Shown: positions 24,765 to 35,035, numbered from the stretch's first letter. The stretch is 60,029 nucleotides of DNA from a virus (IMGVR_UViG_3300036861_000473), one strand, 5' to 3'. Program-made: numbers and translations. Notes: generated from the letters alone by a model not told the origin.

Positions 24765-26207
24765 GTGGGCCTGGCCGAGCGCGTCCTGGAGGTTTACCGG
24801 AGCCGTCGTGGCGGCGCGGAGCTGGCATCCCCGGTCGCCGGCGCGATCGCCCCCCCGTTCGAGGGCCTGACCGGGCATGCGGCCAGTTACGACCCGGAGA
24901 AGTATGGCCAGTATCTGGCCACCTCCAACGAGGTCTACTCCGCGGCGGCGTTGCGCGCCCGGCACATGTCGAGCCTCAACCTGCAGGTCTTCAACGGCTC
25001 CGGCCCGGAGCGCACCGAGCTCACCAGCGGCCCCGCAGTCGACCTGCTCCGCCGGGTCAACCCGTTCTGGACCCGCCGGCGGCTCGACCGGATGGACGAG
25101 CTGGCCATGTGCCTGTGGGGGGAGTCGTTCTGGGCGGTCGAGGGCGCGCTGGAGGGCAACCCGCAGGAAATCTGGTGGTGCAAGCCCACCCAGATGCGCC
25201 CCGTCCCCCACCCGAAGTGGTATCTCGAGAAGTTCCTGTACCTGCCGCTCACCGGCGGGCCGACCATCGAGTTCGCCCCGGGCGAGGTGGTGTGGTTCCG
25301 CTACCCGAACCCGAACGACGAGTTCCAGTCGCTGTCGCCGCTGACCGCCGCGTTGCGGGCCGCCGACACCGGCTCGGCGATGCTGCAGGCCAACGCCAAC
25401 CTGTTCCGGCAGGGCCTGATGGCCGGCGGGCTGATCGTCCCCGACCACGACAAGGTCACCTTCTCCAAGCAGCAGCAGTTGGAGCTGGAGGAGATGCTGG
25501 AGCGGCGCTGGAGTGGCGTCGACAAGGCGCACCGCTGGAGCGTGCTCCGCTTCGAGGCGCAGCTCCGTGCGCTGAACGTCACCCCCAAGGATGCCCAGTT
25601 CGTCGAAGGCCTGGGGCTGATGGCCCGCCAGGTCTGGAATGCGCTGGGGATTCCCGCGCCGCTCATGAACGACCTCGCCTACGCCACGCTCAGCAACATG
25701 CGGGAGTTTCGTCAGCAGCTGTGGACCGACGCGCTCCGCCCGGACTCCCAGTTGCGCGCCGACGAGATCGTGCAGCAGTTCCTCCCCATGTTCGCCCGCA
25801 CCCGCGGTCGCCCAGCGACCGCCGATCATGCCGAGTTCGACTACTCCCAGGTGCCCGAGCTGCAGCAGCTCGCCAGCGAAGGGTGGGACCGGGACCGCCG
25901 GGCGATCGAGATCGGCGCGCTCACCATCAACGAGTGGCGGCGCCGCCAGGGCCTCCCCGAGGTCGCGTGGGGTGACGCCTGGTGGGCGCCGGTCAACAAG
26001 AGCGCCGTCACCGGCGCGACCAGCAAGCCGCAGGGCGACACCACGCCGACCGGCGGCAACGGCGGGGATGGCGGCAATGGCGGCGGCAACGGCCAGGTCG
26101 ACCAGCAGGAGGCGGCCAGCATGATGGCCGCCCTCGAGCTGGCGCAGATGGAGCTGCGGCACGGCCCATTCGCCCTCAACGGGCGCAACGGAAAGGGGCA
26201 CCGATGA
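24765..26207 (+). CDS. Portal protein, HK97 family
   Basis: LLRRVNP, LCLWGESF, EVVWFRYPNP, SLSPL, LGIPAPL, TINEWR..GLP. Confidence 0.93.
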   Translation: MGLAERVLEVYRSRRGGAELASPVAGAIAPPFEGLTGHAASYDPEKYGQYLATSNEVYSAAALRARHMSSLNLQVFNGSGPERTELTSGPAVDLLRRVNPFWTRRRLDRMDELAMCLWGESFWAVEGALEGNPQEIWWCKPTQMRPVPHPKWYLEKFLYLPLTGGPTIEFAPGEVVWFRYPNPNDEFQSLSPLTAALRAADTGSAMLQANANLFRQGLMAGGLIVPDHDKVTFSKQQQLELEEMLERRWSGVDKAHRWSVLRFEAQLRALNVTPKDAQFVEGLGLMARQVWNALGIPAPLMNDLAYATLSNMREFRQQLWTDALRPDSQLRADEIVQQFLPMFARTRGRPATADHAEFDYSQVPELQQLASEGWDRDRRAIEIGALTINEWRRRQGLPEVAWGDAWWAPVNKSAVTGATSKPQGDTTPTGGNGGDGGNGGGNGQVDQQEAASMMAALELAQMELRHGPFALNGRNGKGHR

Positions 26208-27301
26208 CCGAACCACGGCGCGCGCTGACCCGCGGGCTGCTGCAGTCGCCCAGCGACGACGAGGCGCTCACGTTCACCGCGAGCACGACCCGGCTGAACC
26301 GCTACGGGTTCCGGCTGCGCCACGAGGGCTGGCGGATCGACAACTACAACGCCAACCCGGTGGTCCTGTGGATGCACATCCCGTTCCTCCGCCCGATCGG
26401 CCGGGGCCGCGCGTCGCTGCGGGACGGTCGGCTGCTCAACACGATCACCTTCGACCGGGACAACCCGTTCGCCGCCGACGTCGAGCGGCAGTACCGCGCC
26501 GGGTTCCTCAACGCCGTGAGCGTGGGAATCGACTTCGTCGACAAGAACGGCGCGCCGCTCACCGGCCGGCTGACCGCGGAGCAGATCGAGAAGGAGGCCT
26601 ACTACGACCTCGCCGAGGTGTCGTCGGTGCCGGTCCCGGCCGACCCGGGCGCGCTCAAGGCCAGCCGCGTGTCGCTGGCGGCGCTCAGCATGTTCGGGCG
26701 AGAACTCCTGGAGGACTTCGGCGACCCCGAGCAGCTTGCCGGCTGGGAGGCGCTGATCGCCGACCCGAAGCTGCCCCCCGCCGGTGCGCCGCTGGCCCCA
26801 CCCGACTTCCCCGCCCCGCCAGCGCCGGGCATGACCGGTGATCGGCTCGACCGCATGGAGGCGACCGTCAACCGGCTCATGGACCTGCTCGAGCAGACGC
26901 TGGGCCGGGCGCTGGAGGTCCCCCGGATCCAGCAGGCGCTGGTGGCGATCCCCTCCCACACCACCGCAGTGGAGGACTCGGAGTGGGACGCCGACGCAGC
27001 CGTGTCGGGGATGCCGAACGAGGCCGCCACGCTGCGCTACTGCCACGCCTGGCGTGACGCCGCCGGCGACCAGGACGCCAAGGCCTCCTACAAGTTCCCC
27101 CACCACCGCGAGCAGGGCGGCCCCGCCAACCTCGGCGGCTGCCGCAACGGACTGGCGCGCCTGGAGGGCGCCGACATCCCCGAAGCCGACAAGACGGGTG
27201 TCAAGGCGCACCTGCAGAACCACCTCGACGCCCAGACCCAGGAGGGCTGGACGCCGGCACCCAACGCTGTGCAGGACTTCCTGGCAGCCATCCGCCTCTG
27301 A
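26204..27301 (+). CDS. Prohead maturation protease (HK97-type) with C-terminal extension
   Basis: NPVVLWMH..PIG, GFLNAVSVG, LAEVSSVPVPADPGA; extra SYKFPHH domain. Confidence 0.88.
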   Translation: MTEPRRALTRGLLQSPSDDEALTFTASTTRLNRYGFRLRHEGWRIDNYNANPVVLWMHIPFLRPIGRGRASLRDGRLLNTITFDRDNPFAADVERQYRAGFLNAVSVGIDFVDKNGAPLTGRLTAEQIEKEAYYDLAEVSSVPVPADPGALKASRVSLAALSMFGRELLEDFGDPEQLAGWEALIADPKLPPAGAPLAPPDFPAPPAPGMTGDRLDRMEATVNRLMDLLEQTLGRALEVPRIQQALVAIPSHTTAVEDSEWDADAAVSGMPNEAATLRYCHAWRDAAGDQDAKASYKFPHHREQGGPANLGGCRNGLARLEGADIPEADKTGVKAHLQNHLDAQTQEGWTPAPNAVQDFLAAIRL

Positions 27302-27321
27302 GCGGGAAAGGAGCACGGCAC

Positions 27322-28899
27322 ATGACCGTCACGCTCGACGCGCTGGCCCTGGACATCCGCCAGCGCCTGGACGGCATCAGCGAAGACCTGTCGGCGCGCA
27401 CCAGCGATGTGGCGCTCACCGGGATCGTCCGCGGCATCATCGAGAGCCTCGGCGACGACCCCGAGTTCCAGCGCAAGATGCGGTTCGGCGCCGGCGCCGA
27501 CGATGGCAAGCTGGTCGGCACCAAGTACCGCCGCTGGGGCCTGTCCGTTGCCGACATCGAGTTCCTCCACGAGCTCCAGACCTCGTTGAAGGGGCAGAAG
27601 AAGGTCAACGCCGTCGGCATCTACGAAGGCCCCTCGGAGACCCTGAACAGCACGTTCGGCCAGGTCACCGACGCCTACTACCTCCCGGAGGCGCAGGTCC
27701 GCGAGCTGGACCGCAAGGCGATCGACGACATGTTCCCTCGCCTCCCGCTGACCATGTTCCACGGCCCCGACCGGGCGCTTGCCCGTCGTGGCGCGTGGGA
27801 GCAGACCACCGCCTACCAGCAGGCCATGGTCGCCCTGGCCGACACCGGCGCGATGGACACCGCCGAATCCGGGTTCGGGCAGCAGCTGATCGGCGCGCAG
27901 TACGTCGGCACCCTGTGGGATGCGGCCCGCCGCGACTCCCGCGTCTTCGGCCTGATCGAGTCGTTCGAGATGACCGACCCGACCGCGTTCCTCCCGGTCG
28001 AGGTCGACATCCCCGAAATGCTGTTCGTGCCGGAGTCGACCACTTACGACAACACCACCGGCCTGCCCACCGCCGGTGCCTACGCCACCGTCAAGACCGG
28101 CTCCAACCGGGTGCAGGTCAACGCCAAGAAATTCCTCATCCACCAAGTCTGGTCCGGGGAGATCGACGAGGATTCGATCATCCCGTTCGTGCCGTTCCTG
28201 CGCCGCCAGGCGGCCACGTCGATCGCGCACTACAGCGACAGCCTCGTGCTGAACGGCGATGACACTGCCTCGGCGACCGGCAACATCAACAGCGACGACC
28301 AGACCCCAGGCGCCACCAAGCACTACCTCGCCTTCGACGGGATCCGCCACGCCTACATCGTCGACAACACCGCCAACGCCGTGGACGGCGCGGCCGGCTA
28401 CCCGACCCTGGTCAAGCTGCACACGCTGCGTGGGCTGATGCTGGACCGCCCGCGGCTGGTCGACTGGGGCCACCCCGCCGACCCCAACGACCTGGTGTAC
28501 GTGAGCGACCCGGAGACCGCCGACCGGATCGCCCTCATCGACGAGGTCCTCACCGTCGACAAGTACGGCCCCCAGGCGACCGTGCTCACCGGCGAGATCG
28601 CCAAGATCGCCCGCTACCCGCTGGTCGGGGCGATGGCGATGAACCTGACCGCTGCGGACGGCAAGAGCGACGCGGCCACCCCCGCCAACAACATCAAGGG
28701 TGGCTGCCTGGCATTCAACCGTCGCGGCTTCAAGACGGGCTGGCGCCGTCGGGTGATGGTGGAGACGGAGCGGCTCCCAGCGACCGACCAGACCCGCCTG
28801 GTCTACTCGCTGCGGCTGGGCTTCGGCCGGTTCTCGCCGACCGGTGCGGCCTCGGCGATCGAGGCGGTCGCGGCGCTCTACAACCTGCTCGTCACCTGA
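27322..28899 (+). CDS. Major capsid protein (HK97 fold)
   Basis: Follows protease; strong RBS; SGEIDEDSIIPFVPFLR...VLNGD. Confidence 0.9.
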   Translation: MTVTLDALALDIRQRLDGISEDLSARTSDVALTGIVRGIIESLGDDPEFQRKMRFGAGADDGKLVGTKYRRWGLSVADIEFLHELQTSLKGQKKVNAVGIYEGPSETLNSTFGQVTDAYYLPEAQVRELDRKAIDDMFPRLPLTMFHGPDRALARRGAWEQTTAYQQAMVALADTGAMDTAESGFGQQLIGAQYVGTLWDAARRDSRVFGLIESFEMTDPTAFLPVEVDIPEMLFVPESTTYDNTTGLPTAGAYATVKTGSNRVQVNAKKFLIHQVWSGEIDEDSIIPFVPFLRRQAATSIAHYSDSLVLNGDDTASATGNINSDDQTPGATKHYLAFDGIRHAYIVDNTANAVDGAAGYPTLVKLHTLRGLMLDRPRLVDWGHPADPNDLVYVSDPETADRIALIDEVLTVDKYGPQATVLTGEIAKIARYPLVGAMAMNLTAADGKSDAATPANNIKGGCLAFNRRGFKTGWRRRVMVETERLPATDQTRLVYSLRLGFGRFSPTGAASAIEAVAALYNLLVT

Positions 28900-29744
28900 T
28901 GAGCACGGTCGCTGGCGGGCTCGACCTCGACGCGCTGCACCTTGCAGCCGGTGCGCACGGGCGCCGCGCGGACGGGACCAGCCTGCTCGAGGCGGCCGCC
29001 TGGTGGGCCGGGGAGGCGCATTCGGACACGCCCGCATGCGTCTCCCCGGTGCTGGCCACCCTTGGTCGCAGTTGGGCGGCCGCGTTGAACGACGGACCCC
29101 GGCAGCGGCTCAAGCCGCTCATCCCGAAGCTGGCGACCAGCGCCGACGACGGGCGCGACCGGTGGCGGGCGCTGCAACTTGCCGACTGGCTGGTCCGCAG
29201 CGCCACGCCAGCGCTGCTGCGCTGCGCCAGCCTAGCCGGCCACGCCACCCCACTTGAGCGGGCCGCGCCGATCAGCGACTGGGAGTCGGCGCTTGCAGTC
29301 CAGCCGACCGTGGAGGCGGCCGGATATGCCGCGCGGAGCGGGCTGGAAGCCGCGTGGGCAACATCGAAGACGGCCAGCCAGGCGGTCGAGGCGTCCACCT
29401 GGGCGACCCATGCCGCTGGCGTGTTCTCCGCACGGGATGGGTGTCTGCTCGAGCTGGACCGCGCCGACGGGCTCACGCTGACCGGCGCGCTGGTCGCTGC
29501 GCTGCGGGCCAGCCAGCGGCAGCAGGCCGACGGTGGAGCGTTGGAGCGGGTCTGCTCGATCGGCGCCGCGATGGCGGTCCGCCAGGCGGTCGAATGCGTG
29601 AGCGCCACCGCGCTGACCGCCGCGCTCCGCGCACCATCCGACAGCGCGTGGGCGGTGCTGCGGCCCACCGTCCGCTACCTCCAGGACGCCATGTTTGGCC
29701 TGTTCGGACAGCTGTGCGAGGAGACAGGAGACCAGGATGAGTGA
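28899..29744 (+). CDS. Ala-rich hypothetical protein
   Basis: LLEAAAWWAGEAHSDTPACVSPVL motif. Confidence 0.7.
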   Translation: MSTVAGGLDLDALHLAAGAHGRRADGTSLLEAAAWWAGEAHSDTPACVSPVLATLGRSWAAALNDGPRQRLKPLIPKLATSADDGRDRWRALQLADWLVRSATPALLRCASLAGHATPLERAAPISDWESALAVQPTVEAAGYAARSGLEAAWATSKTASQAVEASTWATHAAGVFSARDGCLLELDRADGLTLTGALVAALRASQRQQADGGALERVCSIGAAMAVRQAVECVSATALTAALRAPSDSAWAVLRPTVRYLQDAMFGLFGQLCEETGDQDE

Positions 29745-30030
29745 GCTGCTTGAGGGTGAGGTCATCGTCCGGCGTGAGGCGGACGGGCGGGTGGTGGTCG
29801 AGCAGGCCCCGCCGATAGCGCGGATGAGCCTGGCGCTGCTGGCCAGTGCCGACCAGGTCACCATACGGGTCTCCGGCGACCGGCTGGTCCTCGGCGGCCA
29901 GGTCGTCTACCGCGTGACCGGCTGGGACCAGCAGTCCCACGCGCTGCTGCTCGAGCGGGTGCCCGGTCTCACCAACGCCGAGGCGGCGGCCGAGGCTTGG
30001 CCGGCCGGGTTCGGCACGAAAGGAGCATGA
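29737..30030 (+). CDS. Hypothetical protein
   Basis: Coupled ORF, AGGAG RBS. Confidence 0.6.
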   Translation: MSELLEGEVIVRREADGRVVVEQAPPIARMSLALLASADQVTIRVSGDRLVLGGQVVYRVTGWDQQSHALLLERVPGLTNAEAAAEAWPAGFGTKGA

Positions 30031-30033
30031 CCG

Positions 30034-30369
30034 ATGCCAAGAGAGAAGATCGCCACCTGGCCGAGCGATCGGGCCAGCCGGGTGACCGTGCGCGCCAGCG
30101 AATCCCTGACTGCCGACCGGGTGCTCACCGTCGCCGAGATCGAGCAGTTCCAGATGTTCGTGTTCGCGCCGACCGCGGCCCGCAACCTCGACCTGCCAGC
30201 CGAGGCGGCCAGCGCCGGCGCGTACCTGTTCATCTACAACGCCTCCGGCGGCGCGTTCTCGCTCACGGTCCGCAACCCAGCCGCCGCCACCATCGCCACC
30301 GTCGCGCAGAACAAGGCGGCGATCCTCTTTTGCGACGGCGCCGCCTGGCGTGCCCTGGTGGGAGCCTGA
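30034..30369 (+). CDS. Putative head decoration/fibre protein
   Basis: Beta-rich, ARNLDLPA...CDGAAW; AAGGAG RBS. Confidence 0.6.
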   Translation: MPREKIATWPSDRASRVTVRASESLTADRVLTVAEIEQFQMFVFAPTAARNLDLPAEAASAGAYLFIYNASGGAFSLTVRNPAAATIATVAQNKAAILFCDGAAWRALVGA

Positions 30370-30370
30370 C

Positions 30371-30667
30371 ATGCCCCGCTACGAGGTCCTCAAGGACTAT
30401 CGCAGCGGCGGTCACGGTCCGTGGGAGAAGGGCAGCAAGATCGAGCTCGACGCCGACGACGCCGAATGGGTCAACCGCGACTCCTCCGACACCCTCAAGC
30501 AGATCCCCGGGCTGGGCGAGGAGGCCAAGACCGGCACCCAGCCGGCGGGGGAGGAGACGGCGGGGGAGCGATCAGCAGGCAGCCAGGGCGCCATGACCAC
30601 CGCCGACCACCCCGGCATCACCCGTCCCAGCAGCAGCAGCCGCTCGAGCAACCGTCGGCGGGGCTGA
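30371..30667 (+). CDS. Small virion-associated hypothetical protein
   Basis: MPRYEVLKDY...GSKIELD with low-complexity tail. Confidence 0.6.
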   Translation: MPRYEVLKDYRSGGHGPWEKGSKIELDADDAEWVNRDSSDTLKQIPGLGEEAKTGTQPAGEETAGERSAGSQGAMTTADHPGITRPSSSSRSSNRRRG

Positions 30668-30679
30668 CCCGGGGAGGGC

Positions 30680-30731
30680 GGGCGGGCGCCCCATCCCAAC
30701 CCCAAGGGGGAGCGCCCACACACCGCCCAGC
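30680..30731 (+). repeat. Stem-loop element copy 1 flanking the secreted-peptide cassette
   Basis: GGGCGGGCGCCCC...AGGGGGAGCGCCC...CCAGC, similar to 31507-31554. Confidence 0.55.
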
Positions 30732-30799
30732 AACCGCATTATCGCAGGCCAACCGGCCCCCGTTCCCGTTCCATCCACATCCCAGAAGGGAGCAGCATC

Positions 30800-30976
30800 A
30801 TGCGAACCAAGCGCACGCTCGTCATCGCCGCGACCCTCGCCGCGCTGTTCGGCGCAGCCACCGTCGCCCACGCGGACTCGCCCCCGCCGACCAACGGCGG
30901 CAACGGCGCCGGCCAGTCTGGGCAGTGCACCGGCAACCCGGCCGACCGGCCGGAGGTGTGCCCGGCGACCAAGTAG
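30800..30976 (+). CDS. Secreted 33-aa peptide precursor (58 aa), absent from ORF track
   Basis: MRTKRTLVIAATLAALFGAATVAHA|DSPPPTNGGNGAGQSGQCTGNPADRPEVCPATK; AGAAGGGAG RBS. Confidence 0.75.
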   Translation: MRTKRTLVIAATLAALFGAATVAHADSPPPTNGGNGAGQSGQCTGNPADRPEVCPATK

Positions 30977-31045
30977 CAGTTCCCTGACCCCACGGTGGCC
31001 CGCTCAGCGGCCGCCCACCTGACCATGCCACCCGAAGGAGGCATC

Positions 31046-31465
31046 TTGAAGCGCATCCTGCTCGTCCTGGCCACGCTCGTCGGAGCGCTGACGCTGGCTG
31101 TGCCGGTCGCCCATGCCGGTGAGCCCCACTTCATCGACTCGGCATTCTCCGTGGCCCGCTCCGGCGACACGCTCACCGTCGGCGGCAAGGAAGCCGGCCT
31201 CGGCGACGAGGAGCAGATCGTCGTCACCGTGTCCGCCGACGCCGCCTGCCTCAACCCGGGGGAGAACTTCCCGCAGGCCGCCAACAAGCAGACATTCTCA
31301 ACCACCATCACGGTGCCCGTGCAGAACGGCAAGGCCGACTACCAGGTCACCCTGACCTTCGCCGTCCAGCCCAGGTGCAACCCGCCCATGTCGCTGGTGA
31401 TCGGCAACGTGACCGTGTTCGACAGCACCAACAGCCTCACGTTCACGTTCCCCGGCACGTTCTGA
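31046..31465 (+). CDS. Secreted beta-rich protein with two Cys
   Basis: Signal peptide ending VAHA; AAGGAGG RBS before TTG. Confidence 0.8.
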   Translation: MKRILLVLATLVGALTLAVPVAHAGEPHFIDSAFSVARSGDTLTVGGKEAGLGDEEQIVVTVSADAACLNPGENFPQAANKQTFSTTITVPVQNGKADYQVTLTFAVQPRCNPPMSLVIGNVTVFDSTNSLTFTFPGTF

Positions 31466-31506
31466 GCTGTCGCAGGGCGGGCGGCGGGCCGTGGCCGTGG
31501 TCCGCT

Positions 31507-31554
31507 GGGCGGGCGCTCAACCCTGCCCCCACAGGGGAGCGCCCGCCACCCAGC
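31507..31554 (+). repeat. Stem-loop element copy 2
   Basis: GGGCGGGCGCTC...AGGGGAGCGCCC...CCAGC. Confidence 0.55.
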
Positions 31555-31635
31555 GTCAGCGCCCAGCATGGCAGGCCAGCAGGCCGCCGTGACCTTCCCG
31601 TGATCATCTCGTGAGCAGTCCGAAAGGAATCGACC

Positions 31636-31953
31636 GTGGCCGACGTCTACCCCTATCTGGCGCCCGGCGACCCGGTCACCCTCGACCTGGTCACCGGTGC
31701 CAGCGGCATCACCGGCAAAGTCGTCGCGGTCGACCTGACCGACGACGGCAGCCTGCGCTGCTTGTCGATCATCGACGACCCGGGCCGCTCGGACCCGCTG
31801 CGCATCCGCGGCGATCTCGTCGCTCTCTGGCGGCGGGGCGAGCCGGTGCGTCGGACTGTCCCACAGGGCATCGCTGTGCCTGCTGGCAACCTGGAGCAGA
31901 TCCGCGCGGCGCTGCCCGGCCAGCCCAACGGCATGCAGGGGGGCCGCCAGTGA
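31636..31953 (+). CDS. Hypothetical virion-region protein
   Basis: GAAAGGAA RBS. Confidence 0.7.
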   Translation: MADVYPYLAPGDPVTLDLVTGASGITGKVVAVDLTDDGSLRCLSIIDDPGRSDPLRIRGDLVALWRRGEPVRRTVPQGIAVPAGNLEQIRAALPGQPNGMQGGRQ

Positions 31954-32582
31954 GCGCGATCCTCACCGACGTCTGCGTCAACGCGATGCTGGACTCGGCG
32001 GTCGCGGGCGCGCCCGGCACGGCGCTGTTCCTCGGCCTGCACACCGCCCTCGGCGCCGCCGGTGCCGAGGTGACCGGCGGCAGCCCGGCGTATGCGCGGA
32101 AGGCGATCACCTGGAACGCGGCCGCGTCCCGGGCCAAGGACATCGCCGCGGCGCAGACCTTCGACGTGCCGGCAGCCACGATCCGTGCTGTGCAGCTCTG
32201 GTCGGCGTCCACCGCCGGCACCAGCCGGGCGTGGCTGCCGGCAGGGAGCACGGCACGCCGCGCGTTCTCGGTCATCGCCGGGGACCTGGCCGGCAACACG
32301 ATCCAATCCCCAGCGCACGGCCTGTCCGCGGGCCAGTCGGTGGTGTTCTGGGCCACCATCGGCGCGGCCCTCCCGACTGGCCTGGCGGAGGACACCGAGT
32401 ACTTCGTCATCGCGGCCGGGCTGACCGCCGACGTGTTCGAGGTGTCGACCACCCTCGGCGGCTCCGCGGTGGACATCACCGCGATCGGGGATGGGGACGT
32501 GCAGAAGTTCACCCCAGAGGTGTTCGCCGCGCAGGGCACCTACCAGGTGAGCTCGTTCCCGATCAGCCTGCCAGCCGGATAA
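31950..32582 (+). CDS. Putative fibre/appendage protein
   Basis: LGLHTA..GAEVTGGSPAYARKAITW...FAAQGTY, with an inserted HGLSAGQSV...LPTGL..YFV domain. Confidence 0.7.
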   Translation: MSAILTDVCVNAMLDSAVAGAPGTALFLGLHTALGAAGAEVTGGSPAYARKAITWNAAASRAKDIAAAQTFDVPAATIRAVQLWSASTAGTSRAWLPAGSTARRAFSVIAGDLAGNTIQSPAHGLSAGQSVVFWATIGAALPTGLAEDTEYFVIAAGLTADVFEVSTTLGGSAVDITAIGDGDVQKFTPEVFAAQGTYQVSSFPISLPAG

Positions 32583-32642
32583 GAAGCGGCCCCGGCGGGC
32601 GACGCCGGTTGAGACCGCCGCCCACCAGGACCACCAGGGAGC

Positions 32643-32888
32643 CTACGGGGTGACGATGGCGGGGACCAGCTCATGCTGGGTGGTCCCGGTGGGGCAGTTC
32701 CCCTGGCTCTTGTCGAGCGCGTAGATCGTCTTGTACGGCTGCGGCTGGTTGGCGGTGCACACGTAGAACGTGTGGGACGGGTCGGGGCTGGAGGGGGTCG
32801 CGTCGGGGATGTCGGCCAGGGCCGTCCCACCGAGGGCAAGGACCGCCCCGACCAGCACGCCCAGCAGGGGGCCGCGCAGCTTCCGCAC
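32643..32888 (-). CDS. Antisense secreted protein moron with two Cys
   Basis: Signal peptide ending TALA; GAAAGGA RBS. Confidence 0.72.
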   Translation of the reverse strand: MRKLRGPLLGVLVGAVLALGGTALADIPDATPSSPDPSHTFYVCTANQPQPYKTIYALDKSQGNCPTGTTQHELVPAIVTP

Positions 32889-32947
32889 GTCAGTGTCCTT
32901 TCGTTGGGGTTCCTTGCGCTCACGTCGTACCCCGGGAGGGGTTGGGT

Positions 32948-35032
32948 ATGCCGCTGTCGCTTGACACGATCCAGGTGCAGCCGTCCAATTCGAGCAGCTT
33001 CACCGGGGCGTCGGGTAGCGCGACCCTGCCCAATGGCACTGCTGCCGGGTCGACGGTGCTGATCGTCGTCTCCACGAATTCGGTGCTGATGAGCTCGCCC
33101 GGGTTCACCGACGATTCCGGGTCGCAGAGCGGCAACTCGCGGGTGTTCATCCTCCGCAAGTCGAACGTGGGCGCCGGGGAGACCTCGTGGACGCTGACCG
33201 CCAGCGCTGGCACGTTCAGCCGCTGGACCGTCTATGAGCTGGCCGGCCTGGACCCTGTCGCTCCGGTCGATGTGAAGAAGACCTCCACCACCGCCACCAC
33301 GTCTGGGACCAGCGCGTCGACGGGGACGCTGCCCCGCTCCACCGCCTACGACGGGCTGGTGGTGGCCGCCCATGCCAGCTACAACTCGGTCTCGACGACC
33401 CCGACGACCTTCTCGGCCGACACCAACGGGTTCACGGAGGTGGATGAGGGGTCGGCCGACGATGGGGTGAGCAAGGCGGTCGACCTGTCGGTGTCGATGA
33501 AGACCACCGAGGTGCTGGACACGTTCGAGTGTGCCGCGACCGCCTCGGCCACGTTGACGGGGACCAGCTCGGCCAGCGCGACGATCGTGTGCTACGCCGC
33601 GGAGGGTGCCAAGCGTGAGCCGAACGTCGCGCACTTCTGGGGGTTCTTCCCAGGTGTGTCGTCGACACCGGCGGGCCTTAGCGTCGGCAACGCCGGCAGC
33701 CGCTATTTCGAGACGGTGGTCGGTGTCCCGGCGATCACCGCTGACGGGTTGCAGCTGACCGGGGCGGCGTCGGCGCAGAGTGTGGCGGCCGCGTCGATCA
33801 CCACCGCGTTGCAGGCCGCGAAGGCGCATGTGACCCGGATCCGGTTCCGGCTCGATTCGCTGTCGGGGGACCTGGAGCTAGCCACGCTGACCGACAGCGG
33901 CGGCGCCAGCACCGTCGTCCGCTACGTGAGCGCGAGCCAGAAGATCGGGGTGAAGGTCGGGACCGGCACCGAGGTCCTCTCCGACGCCACCGTGACGACC
34001 GGGGTGTTCTACAACCTTGATGTGCGGGCGATGGGGACCACGACCGCACGCACGGTCGACTGGCAGCTGGACTATGGGGCCGGCCCGGTCGTCCAGACCC
34101 AGGCGACCTTCACCGCCGGGGCGGTCCTCGGGTCGCTGGTCCCGGTGCTTGGCTGGTCGGCCGCGCAGACGGGGACGGTCACCTTCGCGTACGCGCTGTT
34201 CTCGATCATCGCGGGGCACTACCCGCTCGGCGACTGGACGATGGTGCTGCTGAAGCCGGATCCGGCCGGCACCCTCACCCTCTCGGGGACGGCCGCGAAC
34301 TTCGCGTTGATGGCCAGCAACGCTACGGGGGGTGCGTGGAACGCGACCACCGCCCGCGACTCGATCGACGAGGTCCCCCCGACGGTCGGCGCGTCCGCTG
34401 ACGGGTTCTGCCAGGTCACCGCCGCCGCCTCCGACTACGTTGAGATCCCGATGGAGACCTGGCAGGCCGCCCCCACCGGCAATATCCGGGCGGTGCGGAT
34501 GTGCGCGTGCGGGTGGGCGGCCTCGGCGACCGCCGCGACGATCGGGTTCCGCGGGTGGGAGGGGTCGGCTGAGACGATCCTGCTCGCCACCGTGGACACC
34601 AACTTCGACAACACGTCCACCCCCGGGTGGGTGTGCCAGATGTACCGGCCCGCGAACGGGTGGACACAGGCAAAGCTGGATGCGCTTGCGTTCCGGGTCG
34701 GGTTCTCCGACGACGCCACCCCCGACATCGGCATCCACGCGATCTACGCGGAGGTCGCCGTGCAGACCACCGCCACCCAAGCCATGTTCGGGACAAGCGG
34801 GGATGTGACGGTGAGCGCGTCCTATGACGCGGTGACCGGTGGGGTCAGCGGCCTGGCCACCGCCACCCCGGCGGAGCGGGGCGTCACGCTGCATTACGAG
34901 GTGAACGCCAGCCCGACGGATGTGGCCGTGGGCGCCGCCTCGTCCGACACGCAGGTGGTCGACGCGCCGGACCATCCGACCGTCAACTACGTGGCGATCT
35001 ACCCCGACCCCGAACCGACCCCCTCGAGCTGA
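32948..35032 (+). CDS. Large Thr/Ser-rich beta-sandwich virion appendage protein
   Basis: 694-aa GC3-rich ORF in the structural operon. Confidence 0.7.
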   Translation: MPLSLDTIQVQPSNSSSFTGASGSATLPNGTAAGSTVLIVVSTNSVLMSSPGFTDDSGSQSGNSRVFILRKSNVGAGETSWTLTASAGTFSRWTVYELAGLDPVAPVDVKKTSTTATTSGTSASTGTLPRSTAYDGLVVAAHASYNSVSTTPTTFSADTNGFTEVDEGSADDGVSKAVDLSVSMKTTEVLDTFECAATASATLTGTSSASATIVCYAAEGAKREPNVAHFWGFFPGVSSTPAGLSVGNAGSRYFETVVGVPAITADGLQLTGAASAQSVAAASITTALQAAKAHVTRIRFRLDSLSGDLELATLTDSGGASTVVRYVSASQKIGVKVGTGTEVLSDATVTTGVFYNLDVRAMGTTTARTVDWQLDYGAGPVVQTQATFTAGAVLGSLVPVLGWSAAQTGTVTFAYALFSIIAGHYPLGDWTMVLLKPDPAGTLTLSGTAANFALMASNATGGAWNATTARDSIDEVPPTVGASADGFCQVTAAASDYVEIPMETWQAAPTGNIRAVRMCACGWAASATAATIGFRGWEGSAETILLATVDTNFDNTSTPGWVCQMYRPANGWTQAKLDALAFRVGFSDDATPDIGIHAIYAEVAVQTTATQAMFGTSGDVTVSASYDAVTGGVSGLATATPAERGVTLHYEVNASPTDVAVGAASSDTQVVDAPDHPTVNYVAIYPDPEPTPSS

Positions 35033-35035
35033 GCG

